The notes: generated by a model from the sequence alone, not told the origin. A stretch of 64,000 nt of DNA from an uncultured Chloroflexia bacterium (GCA_963727585.1 CAVSHH010000003.1:2218772-2282771); one strand, 5' to 3'. Counted from the stretch's first letter, positions 1-9,891 are shown. Numbers and translations: made by a program.

Positions 1-389
1 TCCCGATCCAGCGCGGCGTTGGCAGCCGGGTCGAGCTCGCCGCCGAGGATCGCGTCGAGCAACGGATCGACGGCTCGATCGGCGGTGCCGGGGAACGGGA
101 CAACCACGGCACCGGATTCGCCGGCGGTGACGAGGTCACCTGCCTGGGCGGCCGCCAAGTCCGCCAGCCGTGCCGCCAGCCGCTCCTCGAACCGGAACGA
201 CGGATGGACCCGGACCAGCAACCGCCGGAGGGTGTGGATGGTCACGCCCAGGTCCGAGGTCACCGGCTGGCCGTCGACCAGGCGGGGAGCGGGAGCTCCG
301 TCGGCCAGCGCCAGCAGCGCGTCCAGGTAGCGGTCGGCGACCAGCGCCTCCACCTCGCCGCCGTCGCGGTCGGGAGGGACGGGCGGCAT
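1..389 (-). CDS. hypothetical protein, partial (3' end beyond window); candidate anti-sigma factor downstream of the ECF sigma
   Basis: Minus-strand frame open from the ATG at 389 to the window edge (MPPVPPDRDGGEVEALVADRYLDALLALADGAPAPRLVDGQPVTSDLGVTIHTLRRLLVRVHPSFRFEERLAARLADLAAAQAGDLVTAGESGAVVVPFPGTADRAVDPLLDAILGGELDPAANAALDR...). Its ATG overlaps the sigma-factor stop by 4 nt (ATGA). It is absent from the ORF track because there is no stop inside the window. Confidence 0.4.
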   Translation of the reverse strand, partial: MPPVPPDRDGGEVEALVADRYLDALLALADGAPAPRLVDGQPVTSDLGVTIHTLRRLLVRVHPSFRFEERLAARLADLAAAQAGDLVTAGESGAVVVPFPGTADRAVDPLLDAILGGELDPAANAALDR

Positions 390-1027
390 CACGATCCGCG
401 CTCCGGCTCGTGCCCGAGCTCTCGCGCCACGGCTCGCAGGGCCCGGTGGATGAGAACCCGCACTGCACCCTCGGACCTGCCCAGCACGCCCGCGATCTCG
501 GCCGTCGTCATCTCGTCCACGAAGCGCAGCGTCAGCGCCCGGCGCCGATCGTCCGGCAGGCTCCGCAGTGCCCGGAGCGCCTGAGCGGCGTCGTCGCGGG
601 TCACCGCCTGGGCCTCGAGGTCCGTGCCGTCGGCCACGGCCAGCCCGGCCCCCAGCGCGATGTCGAGCAATTCGGTGGGCCGGCGGCGGCGGCGCCGGCG
701 CTCGTTTGCGACCACGTTGCGGGCGATCCGGAACAGCCACACCCTGAACGTCGAGGCCTCGGGTCCGTCGTCGGGGCGGGCCTGCTCCCGAAAGCGCGGG
801 AGCGCGGCGAGAGCGCGCAGGAACGTGCGTTCGGTGGCGTCCTCGGCCGCGTGATGGTCGCCGAGCTCGTAGAGCGCGAAGGTGTACACCTGGGCGAGAT
901 ACTTCCTGTAGAGAGCGTCGAACTGGGCGGGGTCCCGGCGCGCCGCCTCGACGAGGCGGCGGTCACGGTCGAGCACGACGACCACCCCCGTCGCCCGCTC
1001 ACGCCTTCCCAACACCGGCCGGACCAT
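389..1027 (-). CDS. RNA polymerase sigma-70 factor, ECF subfamily
   Basis: Sigma-70 region 2 and region 4 signatures are present (ALYRKYLAQVYTFALYELGDHHAAEDATERTFLRALAALPRFRE ... RRALTLRFVDEMTTAEIAGVLGRSEGAVRVLIHRALRAV). Start chosen at the internal ATG at 1027 (MVRPVLGRRERATG...), giving about 212 aa, typical for ECF sigma factors. The longer 272-aa ORF would overlap birA. Confidence 0.85.
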   Translation of the reverse strand: MVRPVLGRRERATGVVVVLDRDRRLVEAARRDPAQFDALYRKYLAQVYTFALYELGDHHAAEDATERTFLRALAALPRFREQARPDDGPEASTFRVWLFRIARNVVANERRRRRRRPTELLDIALGAGLAVADGTDLEAQAVTRDDAAQALRALRSLPDDRRRALTLRFVDEMTTAEIAGVLGRSEGAVRVLIHRALRAVARELGHEPERGS

Positions 1028-1031
1028 CCCG

Positions 1032-1952
1032 TTACACCTCGGTTGCCGGATGGGTGGACAGGGGCGACCCGGCGGCGGGCGTTGCCAGGCGGACCCGCAC
1101 CACCTCTCCCGCGTGGACATGGCGCTCGCCGCCCGCCACGTCCGGGTCGGCCACCACAAGGGCCCCGCTGGCGGAGTCCACCCCGAGGGCGGGTACCGGC
1201 GCGGCACCCGGGCCGTCCCCCGACTCCAGGGTCACCAGGCGGCCCGTCGTCGCCTGGCGCTCCGCCCACGTGGCCACGTCGAACCAGCCGCTGCGAAGCG
1301 CCTCGAGCCGGCCCTCGAGGCGGTCGAGGAACGCCTCCAGCAGCGCCTCGCGGTCGATGGGGCGGCCGCCCGCCTCGTGCAGGCTGGTCATGCCGGCGGC
1401 AAGGGTGGGCGGAAAGTCGCGCCGCCGCCAGTCCACGTTGATCCCGATGCCCACGATCAACCGGGGATCCGGCGACCCCAGGCCGTCGGTCTCGCCGAGC
1501 AGGCCCGCCACCTTGCGCAGCTCGAGCGAGGCGGCCAGCAACGCCCGCGCCGTGGCCGTGTCCAGGCCCGGCGGCAGCAGGGCGCGCGGTCCGGCCGTCT
1601 CGACCACCAGGTCGTTGGGCCACTTGAGGCGGATGGCGCCCACCGGCAGCCCGGCCGTGTCCTCGGCCGCATCGGCCATGGCCAGGGCCACGGTCGCGGC
1701 GACGCGCCACGCGCGGTCGGGCTCGATCCAGGTGGGCCGGAACCCGAGCGACAGCAGGAGCGCAGCGCCCGGAGGTGCAGTCCATTCGCGGTCATGCCGG
1801 CCGCGACCCGCCGTCTGGACGTCGGCAACCGCGAGGCACACTTCGGATGTTGCCTCGCGCAGCCATGCACGGACCTCGTCGTTGGTGCTGCCGATCGAAT
1901 CGAAGCGCTCGACGCGACTGAGCATGGCCCGGGGCGGGGCGGCGTGAGACAC
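1032..1952 (-). CDS. birA: biotin--[acetyl-CoA-carboxylase] ligase
   Basis: BPL/LPL catalytic-domain motifs are present (FDSIGSTNDE ... QTAGRGRHDREW ... GIGINV), with a C-terminal SH3-like tail. Start could alternatively be the internal ATG at 1925. Confidence 0.8.
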   Translation of the reverse strand: MSHAAPPRAMLSRVERFDSIGSTNDEVRAWLREATSEVCLAVADVQTAGRGRHDREWTAPPGAALLLSLGFRPTWIEPDRAWRVAATVALAMADAAEDTAGLPVGAIRLKWPNDLVVETAGPRALLPPGLDTATARALLAASLELRKVAGLLGETDGLGSPDPRLIVGIGINVDWRRRDFPPTLAAGMTSLHEAGGRPIDREALLEAFLDRLEGRLEALRSGWFDVATWAERQATTGRLVTLESGDGPGAAPVPALGVDSASGALVVADPDVAGGERHVHAGEVVRVRLATPAAGSPLSTHPATEV

Positions 1953-1960
1953 GAGCGGCG

Positions 1961-3265
1961 TCAGCCGGCGGCCGTGCCGACTGCCTGGACCGACTCCGGT
2001 TGCTCGAGCTCGAACGCGGTGTGCAGCGCGCGCACGGCCTCCTGGACACGGTCCTCGGCGATGATCGTCGTGATCCGGATCTCCGAGGTGGAGATCATCT
2101 CGATGTTGATCCCCGCGTCGGCCAGCGTCCCGAACATCCGGGCGGCGTATCCGGGCGCGTTGTGGATCCCGGCGCCCACGATGGACACCTTGGCCACGGA
2201 GGAGTCCGTGGTCATGTCGCGGAACCCAAGCTCTCCGATGAGCGGCTCCAGGATCCGCTTGGCCCTCGCCAGCTCGATGCGCGGGATCGTGAACGAGAGG
2301 TCGGTGGCGGCGCCGTGACCGACGTTCTGGACGATCATGTCCACGTTGATGCCGTTGTCGGCCAGGGGGCCGAACACGCTTCGCGCGACACCCGGCCGGT
2401 CGGGCACGTCCACCAGCGTGATCTTGGCGACGTTCCGGTCGTGGGCGATCCCCCGGACCTTGTTCCGCTGCTCCACGAGCGGGTCCTCCCTGATCTGCGT
2501 TCCGGGCGCGTCCTCGAACGAACTGAGGACCTCGATGACGACGTTGTTGACCCAGCCCAGCTCCACGGCCCGCACCTGCATCACCTGGGCGCCCTGGTGC
2601 GCGAGCTCCATCATCTCCTCGTACCCGACCACGGGCAGCTGGCGGGCGTCCGTGACGATCCGCGGATCCGCGGTGTAGATGCCCGTCACGTCGGTGAAGA
2701 TCTGGCAGCGGTCGGCGCCGAGCTGGGCCGCCAGCGCGACGGCCGTGGTGTCCGAGCCGCCCCGCCCGAGCGTCGTGATCTCGGCTGCATGGACATCGCT
2801 TGCGGTGGGGGTGAGGTCGAGTCCCTCGAGGGCGGCGACGCTCATGCCCTGGAAGCCGGCCACGATGACCACCTTGCCGGCCGCCAGCTCCGCGCGCACC
2901 CGGCGGGGGTCGATGACGCCGATCCTCGCCTTGCCGTAGCGGCCGTCCGTCGTGATCCCGGCCTGCGGGCCGGTGAGGCTGATCGCCGCCACGCCCAGCG
3001 ACTGGAGGGCCATGGACATCAGCGTTGCGCTCTGGTGCTCGCCGGTCGACAGCAGGACGTCCAGCTCCCGGGCGTCCGGCTCGTCAGTGATCGCGGCGGC
3101 GAGCGCCAGCAGCTCGTCGGTCGTGTCGCCCATCGCAGACACGACCACCACCAGCTGGGAGCCCTTGGCACGCTCCCCGACGATCCGTCGCGCCACGCGC
3201 TTGATGCGCTCGGCGTTGGCCACGGACGAACCACCGAACTTCATGACGACGAGGAGGCCGGGCAT
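1961..3265 (-). CDS. ask: aspartate kinase
   Basis: Begins with the KFGGSSV kinase N-terminus, then VVVSAMGDTTDEL, and ends with two C-terminal ACT-domain repeats (ITLVDVPDRPGVARSVFGPLADNGINVDMIVQNV ... VSIVGAGIHNAPGYAARMFGTLADAGINIEMISTSE). The ORF track begins at a TTG at 3268; an ATG at 3265 and an internal ATG at 3244 are alternatives. Confidence 0.9.
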   Translation of the reverse strand: MPGLLVVMKFGGSSVANAERIKRVARRIVGERAKGSQLVVVVSAMGDTTDELLALAAAITDEPDARELDVLLSTGEHQSATLMSMALQSLGVAAISLTGPQAGITTDGRYGKARIGVIDPRRVRAELAAGKVVIVAGFQGMSVAALEGLDLTPTASDVHAAEITTLGRGGSDTTAVALAAQLGADRCQIFTDVTGIYTADPRIVTDARQLPVVGYEEMMELAHQGAQVMQVRAVELGWVNNVVIEVLSSFEDAPGTQIREDPLVEQRNKVRGIAHDRNVAKITLVDVPDRPGVARSVFGPLADNGINVDMIVQNVGHGAATDLSFTIPRIELARAKRILEPLIGELGFRDMTTDSSVAKVSIVGAGIHNAPGYAARMFGTLADAGINIEMISTSEIRITTIIAEDRVQEAVRALHTAFELEQPESVQAVGTAAG

Positions 3266-3614
3266 CAACTCATTCTACCCGAGGGGCGGCCGCAGCCGAC
3301 CCGGTCGAGCTGGTTGCGGACCGGTGACGGCGGGGGCGCGGACCGGTTCCGGTGCCGGGCGGCGGCCAGGCCTCAACCTCCGTGCCAGCTACTGCCGGGG
3401 GCTGATGTTGATGGCGCTCCGCTCGCGATTTCATGGTGCGAATCAGTCGATAGCGGCTCATCGGACCCGCCTCGTGCACGTTCCGCACGCCGCGACATCG
3501 GCGGGGGGCGGATATCGGGTGCCTCCGGTTCCGGGCGGGGCCTCTCGCCCAAGCCACGAACCGCCACCTGCGCGACAATCGTGCCCCATCCGCTCCCCGA
3601 CCCGGAGGTGTCCC

Positions 3615-4379
3615 ATGTGCTTCGACCACGACTCCCGGCCGCCGATCCTTCCCATCGAGGGCGGCGCGCTGGATGCACAGGAGCTCGTGCTCGAGGCGGG
3701 GGACGGCAACCGGTTCGCGGCCTACCTCGCGAGCGCCGCCGAGCCGACCGGGGCCGGGATGATCGTGCTGCCCGACGTCCGCGGGCTCCACGCCTACTAT
3801 CGCGAGCTGGCGCTGCGGTTCGCGGAGCACGGCGTCGATGCGATCGCGATCGACTACTTCGGGCGGACCGCCGGCATCGGTGACCGGGGGCCGGACTTCG
3901 ATCACGTCCCGCACGTGGCCCGGACGACCCAGGCGGGGCTGCGCGCCGACGTCACCGCCGCTGCGGCGCACTTGCGGGCAGCAGCCGGCGTGAGCCGCCT
4001 GTTCACGATCGGCTTCTGCATGGGCGGTCGCGTATCGTTCCTGGCCGACGGCTTCGGCCTGGGACCCGCGGGCGTGATCGGTTTCTACGGCTGGCCGGTG
4101 GGCGCCTCCCGCAACGACACTGCGGCGCCGGCCGACGTGGTGAACACCTTCGAGGCGCCGGTGCTGGCGATCTTCGGGGGTGCGGATCAGGGCATCGGGG
4201 AGGACGCGGTGGAGGCCTTCGAGACCGCCCTGACCGGTGCCGGCCTGGAACATCGCATCGTCACCTACGCGGGCGCCCCCCACTCGTTCTTCGACCGGAA
4301 GCACGAGGAGTTCGCTGCCGCATCGGCGGCGGCCTGGGACGAGGTCCTGCGCTTCGTGCGCGAGACGGGCGTGCACTGA
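3615..4379 (+). CDS. dienelactone hydrolase family protein
   Basis: Alpha/beta hydrolase of the DLH type (VLPDVRGLHAYYRELALRFAEHGVDAIAIDYFGR ... FTIGFCMGGRVSFLA ... YAGAPHSFFD). The ATG at 3615 is preceded by a GGAGGTG Shine-Dalgarno. The upstream part of the 475-aa ORF is low-complexity and taken as non-coding. Confidence 0.8.
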   Translation: MCFDHDSRPPILPIEGGALDAQELVLEAGDGNRFAAYLASAAEPTGAGMIVLPDVRGLHAYYRELALRFAEHGVDAIAIDYFGRTAGIGDRGPDFDHVPHVARTTQAGLRADVTAAAAHLRAAAGVSRLFTIGFCMGGRVSFLADGFGLGPAGVIGFYGWPVGASRNDTAAPADVVNTFEAPVLAIFGGADQGIGEDAVEAFETALTGAGLEHRIVTYAGAPHSFFDRKHEEFAAASAAAWDEVLRFVRETGVH

Positions 4380-4381
4380 GG

Positions 4382-4633
4382 ATGGGCTTCCTGCGGCGAC
4401 TCCTCGGCGGCGACCGGGAGGAACGATCCCCTCATCCCGACGCCAGCCTCGAGCCGGTGGACCTGGCGGCGGAGGAGCAGGCGCGTGATCGCGAGCTGCT
4501 TCGGGCCGAGGCCGGCCGGTTGGACGACGAGCTGCTGCAGCGCCAGCTGCGCTACGCCGACCGGTCGTGGACACCGCCGCCACAGGGCGGCGCGCGCCGG
4601 GCAGGTGACGAGGACGGCGCGCCCGAAGGCTGA
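4382..4633 (+). CDS. hypothetical protein (83 aa, charged, Glu/Arg-rich)
   Basis: ORF starts 3 nt after the DLH stop, suggesting an operon position. No recognisable domain. Confidence 0.3.
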   Translation: MGFLRRLLGGDREERSPHPDASLEPVDLAAEEQARDRELLRAEAGRLDDELLQRQLRYADRSWTPPPQGGARRAGDEDGAPEG

Positions 4634-4707
4634 CGGCTACGGCCGCGGCGGCTCGGGCTGCGGTGGCTCGGGCCGCGCCGGACGACCTGGCCGACCGGCG
4701 CCTCGCG

Positions 4708-4893
4708 TCAGCGCTTGACGATCAGCCACAGCACGAGCAGGGCGAGACCCACGCCCAACACCGGCAGGACGCCCGCGGGCAGGGCGCTCGACACCGCGTC
4801 GACCATGCCCTGGAGCGCGGACCCGATCGCCGCGAGGGCGCCGCTCACGAGGCCCGAGATCCCGTCGCCCACCGAGCGCAGCAATCCGTCCAT
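4708..4893 (-). CDS. hypothetical small membrane protein (61 aa)
   Basis: Internal ATG of the 154-aa ORF. The C-terminal 61 aa form a glycine-zipper-like segment plus a hydrophobic helix (MDGLLRSVGDGISGLVSGALAAIGSALQGMVDAVSSALPAGVLPVLGVGLALLVLWLIVKR). The upstream part of the ORF is low-complexity. No clear Shine-Dalgarno. Confidence 0.3.
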   Translation of the reverse strand: MDGLLRSVGDGISGLVSGALAAIGSALQGMVDAVSSALPAGVLPVLGVGLALLVLWLIVKR

Positions 4894-5008
4894 GGCGCGC
4901 AGTGTGCGCCCCGGCCGCGGGGTGCGCAGGCGCACGCCCCGGGAGGACCCCGGGCCGCGTACGCTGTGGGCATCCATTTCCGCGCAGCACGATACGAACG
5001 AGGCCTCG

Positions 5009-5236
5009 ATGAAGGAACGGCTCATCGGCGACGACCAGCTGCTCGTCACCGCCGACACGACCATGGGCGACCCGCTGTGGGACTGGGTTGCCGCCGACGC
5101 GGCGCGGCGCTCGCCGGAGGGCTGGCGCATCGCGAACATCGGCGCAGTGTCGACCGGTGTCGGTGCTCCCAACCCCGCCTACGGCTACGCCCCGCCCCCC
5201 ACCGGCGTCACGCTCTGGATCCTCTACCGCAAGTGA
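5009..5236 (+). CDS. hypothetical protein (75 aa)
   Basis: Internal ATG at 5009 (MKERLIGDDQLLVTADTTMGDPLWDWVAADAARRSPEGWRIANIGAVSTGVGAPNPAYGYAPPPTGVTLWILYRK). Its stop overlaps the GTG of the next gene (GTGA). Confidence 0.3.
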   Translation: MKERLIGDDQLLVTADTTMGDPLWDWVAADAARRSPEGWRIANIGAVSTGVGAPNPAYGYAPPPTGVTLWILYRK

Positions 5237-5904
5237 GCGACGCCGGCGTGCCCGGCCCGGGCGACCCCGCGGCATCGCCCCCGTCCGATCGCGTCCGCCT
5301 GCGGCGCAAGCCGAAGCGCGGCCACTATGACCGCGCAGTCGTCGACGCCATCCTCGACGGCGCGATCGTCGGCACGGTGGCCTGGGTCCGGGACGGCCAG
5401 CCATACGCAACCCCCACCTCCGTCTGGCGCCAGGGTGACCGGCTGTACTGGCATGCCTCGGTCGGCAGCACGATGGCCCGGACGGTTGATGGCCAGCCGG
5501 TGTGCGTCACCGTCCACCATCTCGACGCGCTGGTCCTCGCGCGGAGCGCCATCAACCACTCCGTCGACTACCGGTCGGTCATGGCGCTGGGCACGGCGCG
5601 CCTGGTCACCGACGAGGCACAGATCGACGAGTCGCTCGAGGCGTTCGTGGAGCATCTCTACCCGGGCCGCTGGGCGGAGCTCCGGCCGATGACCGATGCC
5701 GAACGGCGCCAGACCGCGGTCTTCTGGATCGACCTGTCCGAGGCATCGGCCAAGGTCCGTGCCGAGGGAGCGCACGACGACCCGGGTGACGAGACGTGGC
5801 CGACGTGGGCGGGCAGCCTGCCGGTACGCCTGGTCGCCAGCGAGCCCGAGCCGGACGGGTTCGTGCCCGAGGGCACGGCCGTGCCGAAGGCGCGGCTGCC
5901 ATAG
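5233..5904 (+). CDS. pyridoxamine 5'-phosphate oxidase family protein (FMN/F420-binding split-barrel)
   Basis: PNPOx-like split-barrel core (RRKPKRGHYDRAVVDAILDGAIVGTVAWVRDGQPYATPTSVWRQGDRLYWHASVGSTMARTV ... AVFWIDLSEASAKVRAEG). GTG start at 5233 overlaps the preceding stop. The start is uncertain. Confidence 0.65.
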   Translation: MSDAGVPGPGDPAASPPSDRVRLRRKPKRGHYDRAVVDAILDGAIVGTVAWVRDGQPYATPTSVWRQGDRLYWHASVGSTMARTVDGQPVCVTVHHLDALVLARSAINHSVDYRSVMALGTARLVTDEAQIDESLEAFVEHLYPGRWAELRPMTDAERRQTAVFWIDLSEASAKVRAEGAHDDPGDETWPTWAGSLPVRLVASEPEPDGFVPEGTAVPKARLP

Positions 5905-5917
5905 CAGCCTCGCGCCG

Positions 5918-6931
5918 TCAGGTCGCCTCGATGATCTCCGGCCCGCGGTTGCGCGGCGCCACGATCCGGGTCACGCCCTCGAGATCCTCGGCAGCCGCGG
6001 CATCTGCCAGCGCCCGCTCGACCGGCGCAGCGTCCGCGCCCGGCGCCACGAACGCGAGGACGGTCGACCCGGCCCCGGACAGGAACGCGCCCAGCGCGCC
6101 CGCCGCGCGGGCCGCCCCGGTCAGCCGCGGCAGCTGCGGGTAGGCGACCGAGCGGTACGGCTCGTGGATCCGGTCGAGGGTCAGGTCCGCGAGCAGCTCG
6201 TAGCGCCCGCTGGCGATGCCGGCGACGCCGATCGCGACCCGGCTCATGTTGCTGACCGCGTCCCGCAGCGGAACTTCGGCGGGCAGCACCCGCCGCATGT
6301 CGGCCGTGGACAGCCGGCGATCCGGGATGAACAGCACCGCCCGCAACCCGTCGGGGGCATCGAACCGCACAGCCTCGACCCGCTCGCCGAGATGGGCAGA
6401 CACGACGAACCCGCCCAGCAGCGCCGCCGAGGCATTGTCGGGGTGACCCTCGAGCGCGGTAGCCAGCCGGAGCTGGGCATCCGCGCCCAGGCGCTCCCCG
6501 CCCAGCAGGTTGCCTGCGACCACGCCACCCACGGAGGCCGCCGCCGATGAGCCCATGCCCCGCGACAGCGGGATCCGGTTGTGCATCGTGACCCGCCACC
6601 CGATCGCCGCGGGCCGGGGCCCGATCGACGCCTCGAGCGCACGCTCCAGCCCGGCCACGAACCGGTTGTCGCGGACCGCCGGCAGCTCGCCCACTCCTTC
6701 ACCGCTGACGTCGATCCAGAGCCCGCCGTCGTCGGTCACCTCGAGCGCGACCCGGTTGCATACCTCGAGCGCCAGTCCGAGGCAGTCGTAGCCCGCCCCG
6801 AGGTTGGCCGTCGAGGCAGGCACGTCGAGCACAAGCCGGCGCCCGACGAGCGCTGCCCACGCGGCGGCATCGAGGGCGGCCGGGGCCGGGACCGGCGGGT
6901 TGGCGATCGGGACCTTGCCCGGGGGGTTCAC
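5918..6931 (-). CDS. thrB: homoserine kinase
   Basis: GHMP kinase motifs are present ([26 protein letters not shown] ... [13 protein letters not shown]). GTG start at 6931 overlaps the thrC stop (GTGA). Gene order hom-thrC-thrB matches actinobacteria. Confidence 0.85.
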   Translation of the reverse strand: MNPPGKVPIANPPVPAPAALDAAAWAALVGRRLVLDVPASTANLGAGYDCLGLALEVCNRVALEVTDDGGLWIDVSGEGVGELPAVRDNRFVAGLERALEASIGPRPAAIGWRVTMHNRIPLSRGMGSSAAASVGGVVAGNLLGGERLGADAQLRLATALEGHPDNASAALLGGFVVSAHLGERVEAVRFDAPDGLRAVLFIPDRRLSTADMRRVLPAEVPLRDAVSNMSRVAIGVAGIASGRYELLADLTLDRIHEPYRSVAYPQLPRLTGAARAAGALGAFLSGAGSTVLAFVAPGADAAPVERALADAAAAEDLEGVTRIVAPRNRGPEIIEAT

Positions 6932-8007
6932 CACCAGCCGAGGGCCTGCGCCACGCCCGCGATGGTGGGCTCTGCCTCCAGCATCTCGACCTCGAGGCCG
7001 CGCTCGGCGGTATGGGGGTCCTTGAGCCCGTTGCCCGTCAGCACGCACACGACGGCTGCGTCGCGCTCCACCTCCCCCGCGGCGGCGGCCGCCATCACGC
7101 CGGCCACCGAGGCGGCCGATGCCGGCTCGCAGAACACGCCCTCGAGACGGGCGAGCTCACGGTATGCGTGGAGGATCTGGTCGTCCGTCACGGCGTCGAT
7201 CCGGCCGCCCGACTCGTCACGGGCGCCGGTGGCGAGGTTCCACGAGGCGGGGTTGCCGATCCGGATGGCGGTCGCGACGGTCTCCGGGGTCTCGACCGGG
7301 TGGCCAAGGACGATCGGCGCGGCGCCGGCCGCCTGGAAGCCCCACATCCGCGGCGTTGCGTCGACGATGCCCGCGGCGCGGTACTCCTTGAACCCCTTCC
7401 AGTAAGCGCTGATGTTGCCCGCGTTGCCGACCGGGATAGCGAGGATCGCGGGCGCCCGGCCGAGATCGTCGCAGACCTCGAAGGCGGCGGTCTTCTGCCC
7501 CTCGAGCCGGTACGGGTTCACCGAGTTGACCAGCGTGATCGGGTGGTCGTCCTGCTCGGACAGGGCGCGTACGACCCGCAGGGCATCGTCAAAGTTGCCG
7601 TCGACGCTGACCACGCGCGCTCCGAACACCAGAGCCTGGAGCAGCTTGCCCGTCGCGATCTTCCCGGCCGGCAGGACGACGATGCACTCGAGGCCGGCCG
7701 CGGCGGCGTACGCGGCGGCGGATGCGGAGGTGTTGCCGGTCGAGGCGCAGATCACGCTCTGCGCCTCCGCCTCGAGGGCCTTGGCGACGGCCATCACCAT
7801 GCCCCGGTCCTTGAACGACCCGGTCGGGTTCATGCCCTCGAACTTGAGATACAGGTTCGGCACGCCGATGCGCGCTCCCAGGCGCCGGGCCGGGATCAGG
7901 GGCGTCGCCCCCTCGCCCAGCGAGACGACGGGCGTGGCGTCGGTCACCGGCAGGAAGTCCCGGTAGCGCTCGACGAGGCGCGGGCGGGGCGGGAGGGTCA
8001 CGGTCAC
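6928..8007 (-). CDS. thrC: threonine synthase
   Basis: PLP-dependent threonine synthase: FKDRGM carries the PLP lysine; [18 protein letters not shown] and GNGLKDP are also present. GTG start at 8007 ([21 protein letters not shown]) is chosen by analogy with mycobacterial ThrC N-termini. It lies 6 nt downstream of the hom stop. Confidence 0.9.
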   Translation of the reverse strand: MTVTLPPRPRLVERYRDFLPVTDATPVVSLGEGATPLIPARRLGARIGVPNLYLKFEGMNPTGSFKDRGMVMAVAKALEAEAQSVICASTGNTSASAAAYAAAAGLECIVVLPAGKIATGKLLQALVFGARVVSVDGNFDDALRVVRALSEQDDHPITLVNSVNPYRLEGQKTAAFEVCDDLGRAPAILAIPVGNAGNISAYWKGFKEYRAAGIVDATPRMWGFQAAGAAPIVLGHPVETPETVATAIRIGNPASWNLATGARDESGGRIDAVTDDQILHAYRELARLEGVFCEPASAASVAGVMAAAAAGEVERDAAVVCVLTGNGLKDPHTAERGLEVEMLEAEPTIAGVAQALGWW

Positions 8008-8012
8008 GGCGG

Positions 8013-9134
8013 TCAGTCCCCGACCGGGTAGCAGGCGCCCGACGGCGCGGCGATGCACTCGCCGGCGACCGGCCGGATCTGGATCCCGGAGGTCTCGGTG
8101 GCGGATCGCGAGCCGGCCCAGGTGGATCCCAGGCCGCGGGCGATGGACACCAGGTCGCCGAGCACGGCGGCGCCGGCCGCCGGACCCCCGGCACCGGGAC
8201 CCTCGAACGCGACCCGCCCGACCGGCGACGCATCCACCTCGATCCGGTTGAGCACCCCATCGCAGCGGCCGAAGGCGCTGTCCACGGGCACGGCGGTGGG
8301 CACCACCGACGCCTCGATGGCGCCGTCCTCGGCCAGCCGGCTGGTCGCGATCAGGCGCAGGACGCGACCCTCCTCCGCGAGCGCGGCCACGTCGGCGGCG
8401 GTGACGCCGGTGATGCCGGGCCGGCCTGGGACGCCGGTCGTGGAGCCGGGCCGGTTGCCGACGCTGGCGGGCTGGATCCAGGCGCCGAACGCGAGCCGGA
8501 CGAGGATCACCAGCTTGTTCAGCGCGTCGAGGCCTTCCACGTCCGCGGTGGGATCGAGCTCGGCATAACCCCTGGCCTGGGCCTCCCTGAGCACCTCGTC
8601 GTAGTCGCGACCCTCGCGCGTCATCGCGCTGAGCATGTAGTTCGTGGTGCCGTTGACGATGCCGCGAACCCGGGCGATCCGGTTGGCAGCGAGATCCTGG
8701 GCGATGGGGCCGAGGACCGGGATGCCACCGCCAACGGCTGCCTCGAACCGGAAGGTCGCCCCGCCGTCGCGGGCCAGACGCTCGAGCTCCGGCCCGTGGT
8801 GGGCCACGATGTGCTTGTTCGCGGTGACCACGTGCTTGCCGGCGGCGAGGGCGGCGCTCACGAGCGTGTGGGCCGGTTCCGCACCCCCCATGGTCTCGAC
8901 GACGATGTCCACGTCCTCGCTGGCGACGAGGTGGGCCGGCGCATCAGTCAGGATGCCTTCCGGGATGCCGAACTCGATCGCGCGATCGGTGGACTTCTCG
9001 GCCACGGCGGTCAGCACGAGGGGTGCGCCGTCGCCGGGGGCAAGGCGCGGCGACCGCTCGAGGAAGGCGCGGACGACCTCGCGGCCGACGGTGCCGGCGC
9101 CGATGACGCCGACGCGCAGGGGCTGAACGCTCAC
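8013..9134 (-). CDS. hom: homoserine dehydrogenase
   Basis: NAD-binding [14 protein letters not shown]-terminus, catalytic domain ([22 protein letters not shown]) and a C-terminal ACT domain. GTG start at 9134. The upstream 165 codons of the ORF are low-complexity and rejected. Confidence 0.85.
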   Translation of the reverse strand: MSVQPLRVGVIGAGTVGREVVRAFLERSPRLAPGDGAPLVLTAVAEKSTDRAIEFGIPEGILTDAPAHLVASEDVDIVVETMGGAEPAHTLVSAALAAGKHVVTANKHIVAHHGPELERLARDGGATFRFEAAVGGGIPVLGPIAQDLAANRIARVRGIVNGTTNYMLSAMTREGRDYDEVLREAQARGYAELDPTADVEGLDALNKLVILVRLAFGAWIQPASVGNRPGSTTGVPGRPGITGVTAADVAALAEEGRVLRLIATSRLAEDGAIEASVVPTAVPVDSAFGRCDGVLNRIEVDASPVGRVAFEGPGAGGPAAGAAVLGDLVSIARGLGSTWAGSRSATETSGIQIRPVAGECIAAPSGACYPVGD

Positions 9135-9564
9135 AGGGCCTCTCACAACGGCAGTGGACGGTGGCCGCGATGGTAGCGAACGCGGGCGCTGGAACGCGAG
9201 GCGGTGGCTGCCCGGCCGCGCGAACCCAACGGCTGGACACCACGCCGGCCCCGGGCAAGGTTCCCCCCCACGGGCGACACACCAACCCGATTCGGCCCGA
9301 CACCGGACCGGCCGAGTCGACGCGACTGGCGTACCCTGGCGATGGATCGAGCCTCGCTGGTCGCGCAGTGTGCTGCGGTGCCCGCCGGCATCGACGAGCG
9401 GGACCCGGGACGAGTCCTGGTCGATGCCGACCGCCCTGAGCAAGGGCGCCACCGATCGGATGATCCCGCTCATCGAGACCTGGTCGTGCGTCTTCGGTCT
9501 GGGGGCGGGGCGACGACGCGCTGCCGTTCGCGACGCTCTACGGGGCGACACTCGTCGCACTGGC

Positions 9565-9630
9565 CCCGGGCGCCCCTCCCAGGCGCTCGGCCGTTGCCTC
9601 CCAGGCGCTCGGCCCGTTGCCTCCCAGGCC
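9565..9630. repeat. tandem direct repeat, about 22-bp unit x3 (CCTCCCAGGCGCTCGGCC(C)GTTG) within the hom-trpS intergenic region
   Basis: Read directly: gcgcccctcccaggcgctcggccgttgcctcccaggcgctcggcccgttgcctcccaggcc. Confidence 0.6.
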
Positions 9631-9891
9631 ATGGATTCGCGGTCTCACGGTCGCATCTGGGCTTGCCAAGCCAACTCCCGACCGCGGATCGGCCGGATCC
9701 TCGCTGATGCCCGCCAATTCTGTGTCTGGGGAGCCAAGAGTCGACCATTGGGCGTCGATCCCGTCGCCTGACAGGCCGATCGTCGACAACCCCGCGGACG
9801 TCGGCAAGAACGGCCGGGGGCCCCGAGACCCGCACGGGATCGCCGGCCACCCTCCGCGCCCCGCTCGCGCTCCGATACACTCCGGCGCACC

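Noticed and set aside
3269-3614. Riboswitch (for example lysine or L-box) in the 346-bp ask / dienelactone-hydrolase divergent region
   Set aside because: A locally lower-GC stretch is present, but I could not recognise any riboswitch consensus by eye. It was left as an unexplained divergent promoter region.
9135-9891. T-box riboswitch upstream of trpS; ORFs 9154-9771, 9204-9707 and 9470-9880
   Set aside because: I found no T-box consensus (AGGGUGGNACCGCG) or specifier-loop arrangement. The ORFs are low-complexity with no start-site signals.
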